Below, one piece after another: positions 58,574 to 64,000 of a DNA stretch of 64,000 nucleotides. Under the pieces are notes generated by a model, which saw only the letters and a list, made by a program, of their open reading frames with translations, was not told where the DNA came from and did not search any database. Position numbers and translations under genes: made by a program. Positions within the stretch are counted from its first letter, which is position 1. Each line of letters opens with the position of its first letter. This DNA comes from Deinococcales bacterium. GTDB lineage: Bacteria; Deinococcota; Deinococci; Deinococcales; JAAFIG01. The stretch spans positions 4,965,659 through 5,029,658 of the forward strand of contig OZ252252.1 in NCBI GenBank assembly GCA_965249745.1. Reading direction: 5' to 3'.

Positions 58574-60367
58574 ATGTCATCCAATCTGAGAAATTTTTCG
58601 ATCATCGCCCACGTGGATCACGGGAAGTCCACGCTGGCGGATCGAATCCTGGAAATTTGTGGGGCTATGACGGCTAGGGACAAGCGCGAGCAGACGCTGG
58701 ACACGCTGGATTTGGAGCGCGAGCGCGGCATCACCATTAAGGCCACGCCGGTGCGCCTGGATTACGTGGCTCAGGACGGGAAGCCCTACGTCTTCAACCT
58801 GATTGACACGCCGGGTCACGTGGATTTCAATTACGAGGTTTCCAAGTCGCTGGCCGCCTGCGAGGGCGTGCTGCTGTTGGTGGATGCCTCGCAGGGCGTG
58901 GAGGCGCAAACGATTGTCAACGCGTACCTGGCCGTGGACAGCAACCTAACGATCATCCCGGTGGTGAATAAAATTGACCTCCCGAGCGCTATGCCGGAGG
59001 AATCCGCCCAGGAGTTGGAGAGCGTCATCGGCATCCCCGCCGAGGATGCCCTGTACGCCAGCGGCAAGACCGGGCTGGGCGTCGCGGAAATTCTCGAGGC
59101 GATTGTCAGTCGCATCCCGGAACCGAAGAACGACACCGCCGCGCCGATCAAGGCGCTGGTCTTCGATAGCGTGTTCGATAGCTATCAGGGCGTGATTCCG
59201 TTCGTGCGCGTGCTCGAGGGGACGATCAAACCGGGCACGAAGATTCGTTTCTGGAACACGGACAAGGAATTCGTCGTGGACGGCGTGGGCTACTTCCGCC
59301 CGAAGTTAGAGAAGGCAGAGGAGTTGAACGCTGGCGAGGTCGGCTGGGTCACGGCCGCGATCAAGGACATTCACGATGCCCAAGTCGGTGACACGATCAC
59401 GGGGGCGCAACGCCCGACCTTGGAACCATTTCCGGGCTTCAAACCGGCGCAACCGGTCGTATTCAGCGGCTTGTACCCGACCGAGACGAACGATTACCCG
59501 AAGCTCCGCGAGGCCCTGGAAAAGTTGCAACTCAACGATGCCGCGCTGAATTTTGAACCGGAGACTTCTGAGGCGCTCGGCTTTGGCTTTCGTTGTGGCT
59601 TCCTGGGATTGCTGCACGCCGAGGTCGTCCAGGAGCGATTGGAGCGGGAATTTGACCTGGATCTGATCGCCACCGCCCCGAGCGTGGTTTACAAGGTCAA
59701 CCGGACCAACGGCGAGAGTTACATGCTGCAAAACCCGTCGGAACTCCCGAGCATGGACCGCGTGGCGAGCGTCGAGGAACCGTACATCAAATTGTCGGTG
59801 ATTCTGCCCGAAGAGTACGTCGGCAGCGCCATGCAGCTCTTGGTGGAAAAACGCGGTCAGATGAAGGATATGGTCTACGTCGGGCGGCGCGTCGAGCTGC
59901 GCTACGAAGTGCCATTCGGTGAGGTGCTGTACGATTTTCACGACCGCCTGAAGTCGTTGTCACGCGGCTACGCCAGCATGGATTACGAGCAGATCGGCTA
60001 CCGCGAGGACGATCTGGTGAAGGTCAGCATCTTAGTCAACAACGAGATCGTGGACGCGCTGGCGCTCGTCTGTCACCGCACCAAAGCGGATTACCTGGGG
60101 CGGCGAATCGTGGAACGCATGGCGGACGTGATCCCGCGCCAGATGTTCCCCGTACCGATCCAGGCGGCCATCGGCGGCAAGATCATTGCCCGCGCGACCG
60201 TCAAGGCGTACCGCAAGGATGTCCTAGCGAAGTGTTACGGCGGCGATATCAGTCGCAAGCGCAAGCTCTTGGACAAGCAGAAGAAGGGCAAGAAGCGCAT
60301 GAAGGCGATTGGCACGGTCGAAGTGCCGCAGGAAGCGTTCCTGGCAGTCCTCTCCGGCGACAGCTAA
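58574..60367 (+). CDS. lepA: Translation elongation factor 4 (LepA)
   Basis: [31 protein letters not shown] and the LepA C-terminal region are present. Confidence 0.97.
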   Translation: MSSNLRNFSIIAHVDHGKSTLADRILEICGAMTARDKREQTLDTLDLERERGITIKATPVRLDYVAQDGKPYVFNLIDTPGHVDFNYEVSKSLAACEGVLLLVDASQGVEAQTIVNAYLAVDSNLTIIPVVNKIDLPSAMPEESAQELESVIGIPAEDALYASGKTGLGVAEILEAIVSRIPEPKNDTAAPIKALVFDSVFDSYQGVIPFVRVLEGTIKPGTKIRFWNTDKEFVVDGVGYFRPKLEKAEELNAGEVGWVTAAIKDIHDAQVGDTITGAQRPTLEPFPGFKPAQPVVFSGLYPTETNDYPKLREALEKLQLNDAALNFEPETSEALGFGFRCGFLGLLHAEVVQERLEREFDLDLIATAPSVVYKVNRTNGESYMLQNPSELPSMDRVASVEEPYIKLSVILPEEYVGSAMQLLVEKRGQMKDMVYVGRRVELRYEVPFGEVLYDFHDRLKSLSRGYASMDYEQIGYREDDLVKVSILVNNEIVDALALVCHRTKADYLGRRIVERMADVIPRQMFPVPIQAAIGGKIIARATVKAYRKDVLAKCYGGDISRKRKLLDKQKKGKKRMKAIGTVEVPQEAFLAVLSGDS

Positions 60368-60384
60368 ACCAAGGAAACTGGCCC

Positions 60385-60421
60385 TGCAAATACCCTCGGG
60401 ACAATCTCGAGGGTATTTGCA
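60385..60421 (+). terminator. lepA terminator hairpin
   Basis: TGCAAATACCCTCG (60385-60398) and CGAGGGTATTTGCA (60408-60421) form a perfect 14-bp stem with a 9-nt loop. No strong T-tract follows. Confidence 0.6.
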
Positions 60422-60497
60422 AGGCTGGTCATTTGGTACACCAAAAACCTCACAACAGATTTATCCTCGAGTTCAGAAAAGGCTCGAGGAGGCTGTC

Positions 60498-61457
60498 ATG
60501 AAAAGAGGCTTGGTTTTCGGACTGATACTGCTGAGCGCTGTGTTGCTGGCGTCGTTCTCGCAGGGTCAGACGGGTCGCAAGTACCGCATTATGGTCCCTT
60601 GCACCCCCGGTTGCAGTTGGGAGGTCATGGCGCAGCAAATGGCGCGGATCATGAAGGACGAGGGGCTGGCTGATAGCGTCGAGGTCTACTCCGTGACCGG
60701 GAACGGCATCCCGGCGGCACTGCAAAAGTTCACCGAGCAAAAAGGCAACCCGAACGAGCTGATGGCCTTCGGGGTCGGCGTGCTGGGCGCGACCGTGCTG
60801 GCGAACTCGCCGGTTCAGATGAGCGCTTTCACGCCCGTTGCCCGGATGGTGGCGGAGTACGAGACGGTCTTCGTGGCGAGCGACAGCCCGTACCTGACCC
60901 TGAACGATTTGGTGAAAGCCTGGCGCGCCAATCCGCAAAGCATCGCCTGGGGCGGAACCAGTAAGGGCAGCACCGCGCACATGGTGGCGGGACTGCTGGC
61001 CAAAGCGGCCGGGATAGAGCCGAACAAAGTTAAGTTCATTCCCTCGAACGGCAACTTGCAGGGGGCTAGAGCAATGGTCAATCACGAACTCGAGGCGATC
61101 AGCGCCAGTTACGCCGCCGTAGAGGACTTGGTGACTTCCAATCAGATTCGTCCGCTCGGGATTTCCGCCCCGAAACGCGTGGTCGGGCTGGGCATTCCGA
61201 CCTTCACCGAGCAAGGCTATAAGGTGCAGTTCCAGAACTGGCGCGGGGTCGTCGCGCCGCCCGGTATCACTGAGCGTCAACGCGCTCAGTGGCAAGTCCT
61301 GATGAGCCGCCTGAGCCGTGACCCGATCTGGAAATCCAATGCCGAGGCCAACAACTGGCTGCCGTACTTCCAGACCGGCAACAGCTTTCAGAGCTTCCTC
61401 GAGGACCAGCAGGGCGCCGTGACGACGCTGCTGCAATCGCTGGGCCTACTCAAGTAA
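60498..61457 (+). CDS. Tripartite tricarboxylate transporter substrate-binding protein (TctC/Bug family), orphan
   Basis: Signal MKRGLVFGLILLSAVLLASFSQG with Bug-like length and pattern. No tctA or tctB is adjacent. Confidence 0.6.
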   Translation: MKRGLVFGLILLSAVLLASFSQGQTGRKYRIMVPCTPGCSWEVMAQQMARIMKDEGLADSVEVYSVTGNGIPAALQKFTEQKGNPNELMAFGVGVLGATVLANSPVQMSAFTPVARMVAEYETVFVASDSPYLTLNDLVKAWRANPQSIAWGGTSKGSTAHMVAGLLAKAAGIEPNKVKFIPSNGNLQGARAMVNHELEAISASYAAVEDLVTSNQIRPLGISAPKRVVGLGIPTFTEQGYKVQFQNWRGVVAPPGITERQRAQWQVLMSRLSRDPIWKSNAEANNWLPYFQTGNSFQSFLEDQQGAVTTLLQSLGLLK

Positions 61458-61482
61458 ACCGCGATCAACTTCAAAGAACGCG

Positions 61483-61517
61483 CGGCTCGAGCGAATTTCT
61501 AAACTGCTCGAGCCGCA
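61483..61517. terminator. Bidirectional terminator built from two CTCGAG copies
   Basis: GCGGCTCGAGC (61483-61493) and GCTCGAGCCGC (61507-61517) form a perfect 11-bp stem with a 13-nt loop, between convergent genes. Confidence 0.7.
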
Positions 61518-61547
61518 GCCTTTATCAGTCAATCTTGTTCCTGTCGT

Positions 61548-63761
61548 TTACGGGTTTTTCGTTTTCCACTGTTGCAGCAGTTGCAGCAGGGCTTGTGGAG
61601 GGTTGCTCGGGGCTAGGTTTCCAGCCTGATCCTTGTCGGACAACCCGTGGCACGAGCCGCAAACGCGCACCTCGCCGGGTTGAAAGGTCAACCAGTACCG
61701 CTCACGCACGACACCCGCGCCGACCGGGTCGGTGAGCTGCCAGGTCATGGCGCGGCGGGCGGGCACGAAGGCCGCCATCGAACCGTCCTTGGCGACCGCC
61801 ACGCTGCCCGCCGGGCCGCCCGAGTTCGCCGGGTTGCTCCCGAGGGCCATAGGGTCGTGCAGCACCTGTGAGAGCACGCGCCGACCGGCTCGAGGGTCGG
61901 CTGTACCGCCCAGTCCGCGAAGCTGGTCCGCCTGAAAGAATTGCAGGTGCGCCACATCGTAAACCTTGCCCGGAGCGCCGACGGTCTTGACGCCGCCCGG
62001 AACCTGCAAGTTGAAGGGTTGCTGCTTGTCCAGATCGTCCCGCGTGGTGACGTTGCGCGCCACCGCCAGCGCTAGGTTGTTCTGCACCAGCCAGGCGCGC
62101 AACCCGCTCACGTCCACGCCCGCCTGTTGGAACATCTGCCGCTCTGGAGCCTCGAGCGTCACGGTGCGCTTCGTGGGACGGGAACGGGCCCTGACCTCAA
62201 CCGGGTTCAGCTCCCAGAGCGGACCGTCAAATTCCACTTTTTTATCGGGGTCCCAGTAGCTGAGCTTCTTCGTCAGTCCGCTCGTCAGATTTTTATCTGC
62301 GACCCAGTATGTGCCGGATAATTTTAGAGTCTTCAGCCGGAAATCGTAATTCCCGCCGTACTGTCCGCCCGTGGCGTGCGTTTCAACCGTGTGCGCTGCA
62401 ATCAGCGATCCGTCCGCGAGCGGCAGCGGGTCGCGGTAATGCCCGGAGTGGTTCGGGCTGGGCGTCTTGCCCTCTTCGGTGTACCCAGCCGTATCGCGGT
62501 GCGTCAGATACGTGACCTTCACACCGTCGGGACTCATTGAGGGCGGAGCCTCGAGACTGACGATCTGCCCCGAGGCGTGCGTGTAAAACTCTGGGGCATC
62601 CACCGCGAAGTAGCGCCCGGCTTTGGTCGGGTCCTCGCGGATTTGCAACATGTTCGTGATCTCGTTGGGATTGGTGCGCGGGTACTGCCTGTAATACTCC
62701 ACCAGATTCGGGTCGTCGTTGAAGCTCTGAGACATGTACCCCGCCAGCTCGTGCCGCCCGAGATGATTCAGTACCTCGCCCTCAGAGCCGTCCTCCAGGA
62801 TCGTCCACGGAAAGAACTGATTGAAGGTGTGGCGGTTCAGGTTCGTACCCGTCAGTTGTTTCTCGTCTCGAGGTTCGGGGAAAACCTCATCGCGGTTGCT
62901 CAGCTTCTGGGCGTCTGCCGCTTCGGAGGCGTAATTGAAGGTTCCGTAACTCCCGCCGCCCCGGTCGGCATCGGCTTGCTGGTCGCGTTGCAGGTGATCC
63001 CACTGGGTGAAGATGATCCGCCCGAAACTGTCGAGGCTGGGCGTGAAATTCCCGGACGGCGCGTGATTCAAGAGTTTCAGATTGCCGGTGGCAGGTTCCA
63101 AACTCCACAAGCCCGTCACGGTCGGAGCTTCCTCGTACTCGTCCAGTTGCGGGTAGAGGTGAGGCTCACCGCCCCTTGGACGATCGGTGGTGAAGATCAG
63201 GCGGTCGTCGCTGCCGTAGATCGGGGAAACGTTGTTGAACGCGAGCGGTTGATTCGGGACTTTCGTGATCTGCGGCGTTTCGTTCTTGCCGAGTCCAGTG
63301 ATCTCATAGAGCTGCCAGCGGTACTCCTGGTACTCGTACTGCTTTTCCGGCGCGCCGACGACCATGCTGAACACGGCTTTCTTCCCGTCCCAGTACACGC
63401 TCGGGTCTCGCACCGCGATCGCGTTGGCGTTCTGAAAGCCGTCCACGCCAAACCCAGCGGTTTTCGTCAGGTTCTTCAACCCTCCGTCCGGGTAGCGAAC
63501 CCACAGGTCGCCACCTCGAGCCACAGATTGCAGGTCGCCGCGTTGATTCCCAAACACCGAGCCAATCGTTGTGAAATCCCCAGGCACTGGAACCTGGGTC
63601 ACGAACAGGATCGGATTTGATGACGAGGGCGTTCCGCCCGCGCCTGGCCCTGTGCCCGGCCCAGAGGAGTCCTGGGCCGTACAAGCCACGGCCGCCACGG
63701 TCAAAATCAGCCCAAGGGTTTTCACTACACTTCCGAACACTGCCACTCTTCGAGGGATCAT
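61548..63761 (-). CDS. Secreted protein (likely beta-propeller-rich) with a single C-terminal CxxCH motif
   Basis: The N-terminal signal or lipoprotein-like stretch is VFGSVVKTLGLILTVAAVAC. The body of the 737-aa protein is rich in W/Y/G/D. The C-terminus reads VRVCGSCHGLSDKDQAGN. Confidence 0.7.
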   Translation of the reverse strand: MIPRRVAVFGSVVKTLGLILTVAAVACTAQDSSGPGTGPGAGGTPSSSNPILFVTQVPVPGDFTTIGSVFGNQRGDLQSVARGGDLWVRYPDGGLKNLTKTAGFGVDGFQNANAIAVRDPSVYWDGKKAVFSMVVGAPEKQYEYQEYRWQLYEITGLGKNETPQITKVPNQPLAFNNVSPIYGSDDRLIFTTDRPRGGEPHLYPQLDEYEEAPTVTGLWSLEPATGNLKLLNHAPSGNFTPSLDSFGRIIFTQWDHLQRDQQADADRGGGSYGTFNYASEAADAQKLSNRDEVFPEPRDEKQLTGTNLNRHTFNQFFPWTILEDGSEGEVLNHLGRHELAGYMSQSFNDDPNLVEYYRQYPRTNPNEITNMLQIREDPTKAGRYFAVDAPEFYTHASGQIVSLEAPPSMSPDGVKVTYLTHRDTAGYTEEGKTPSPNHSGHYRDPLPLADGSLIAAHTVETHATGGQYGGNYDFRLKTLKLSGTYWVADKNLTSGLTKKLSYWDPDKKVEFDGPLWELNPVEVRARSRPTKRTVTLEAPERQMFQQAGVDVSGLRAWLVQNNLALAVARNVTTRDDLDKQQPFNLQVPGGVKTVGAPGKVYDVAHLQFFQADQLRGLGGTADPRAGRRVLSQVLHDPMALGSNPANSGGPAGSVAVAKDGSMAAFVPARRAMTWQLTDPVGAGVVRERYWLTFQPGEVRVCGSCHGLSDKDQAGNLAPSNPPQALLQLLQQWKTKNP

Positions 63762-64000
63762 GCCCTCAGCCTGGGAAGTCGCATGGACTCGAGTCTATAT
63801 GTTTCTTCACGTTGGAGTCCCAGGGTTGCGAATCGCGTCATTCTGCCCGATTTGGACTGGGACCGCACTCGAGAACCGGTTCCCACCAGAATCGCCTTGG
63901 CTCTGCGGTCGCCCGAACTCTGGAAGCTTGCTCTGGAACTCTCTGCTTTACAACCGCTGCCCTTGCCCGTCCAGGCTTTCTCAGGTACACTTCTAAAGGC

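Larger units (their letters stand above)
1..64000. repeat. Dispersed, highly over-represented palindromic hexamer CTCGAG
   Basis: Hand count gives about 240 copies (50 in 1-12828, 5 in 12829-18321, about 186 in 18322-64000), and it may be off by several. They occur in all three codon frames, in intergenic DNA and in hairpin stems. About 16 inspected flanks show no extended consensus. Confidence 0.85.

Noticed and set aside
60450-61436. 328-aa ORF antisense to the TctC-like gene
   Set aside because: It is a shadow ORF. The plus-strand product has a signal peptide and an SBP-like sequence.
62577-63620. 347-aa plus-strand ORF antisense to the 737-aa secreted protein gene
   Set aside because: It is a shadow ORF with an Arg/Val/Leu/Gly-rich composition. 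The minus-strand frame runs uninterrupted for 737 codons with a signal peptide.
1-64000. CRISPR arrays, rRNA and tRNA genes, and riboswitch-like leaders in the longer intergenic gaps (2758-3143, 22281-22485, 24406-24639, 25303-25520, 26325-26532, 28393-28864, 39044-39286, 45647-45888, 55491-55740)
   Set aside because: There are no regularly spaced repeats, no tRNA T-arm or acceptor signatures, and no rRNA-like segments visible by eye. A covariance-model scan (Infernal/Rfam, tRNAscan-SE) would be needed to exclude small RNAs.
1-64000. CTCGAG as the core of a longer dispersed repeat (REP/SRE-like element)
   Set aside because: The flanks of about 16 inspected copies share no consensus beyond the hexamer, and most copies lie inside coding sequence in varying frames.

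Overview
High-GC bacterial chromosomal segment (hand-sampled lines about 60% GC or more). My unverified impression from the protein repertoire is Deinococcus-Thermus-like. I call about 54 protein-coding genes and found no rRNA, tRNA, CRISPR array, integrase or transposase by eye. The backbone holds housekeeping and carbohydrate genes: glpK, a tilS-tadA fusion, rodA, tdk, ricT-like, lepA, pepF, plsY x2, bshB1-like, two LacI-controlled sugar ABC loci (one with a frameshifted GH32 fructosidase), a Ca2+/H+ antiporter and a MarR/multicopper-oxidase module. Four things stand out. (1) A low-GC island (~30-35% GC, 12.8-18.3 kb) sits between tilS-tadA and rodA and is bracketed by an imperfect direct repeat. 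It carries one translationally coupled minus-strand operon: m5C DNA methyltransferase, HD-domain protein, 602-aa P-loop NTPase and a 313-aa unknown protein. I cannot assign this to any named R-M or defence family, and it is my best candidate for an undescribed methylation-linked defence system. (2) The palindromic hexamer CTCGAG occurs about 240 times in 64 kb by hand count, against roughly 20 expected from base composition. It appears in all codon frames, in intergenic DNA and in terminator stems, which resembles a highly iterated palindrome. (3) A regulator-linked envelope operon (0.8-9.4 kb) encodes secreted Ig-fold proteins and an 1127-aa protein with Ig-like domains flanking a predicted beta-barrel. 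(4) Smaller items include candidate operators, CTCGAG-based hairpins, short tandem duplications, a diverged plsY paralog, a patatin with an internal membrane hairpin, and a secreted protein with a single C-terminal CxxCH. All family assignments come from motif reading without database searches.
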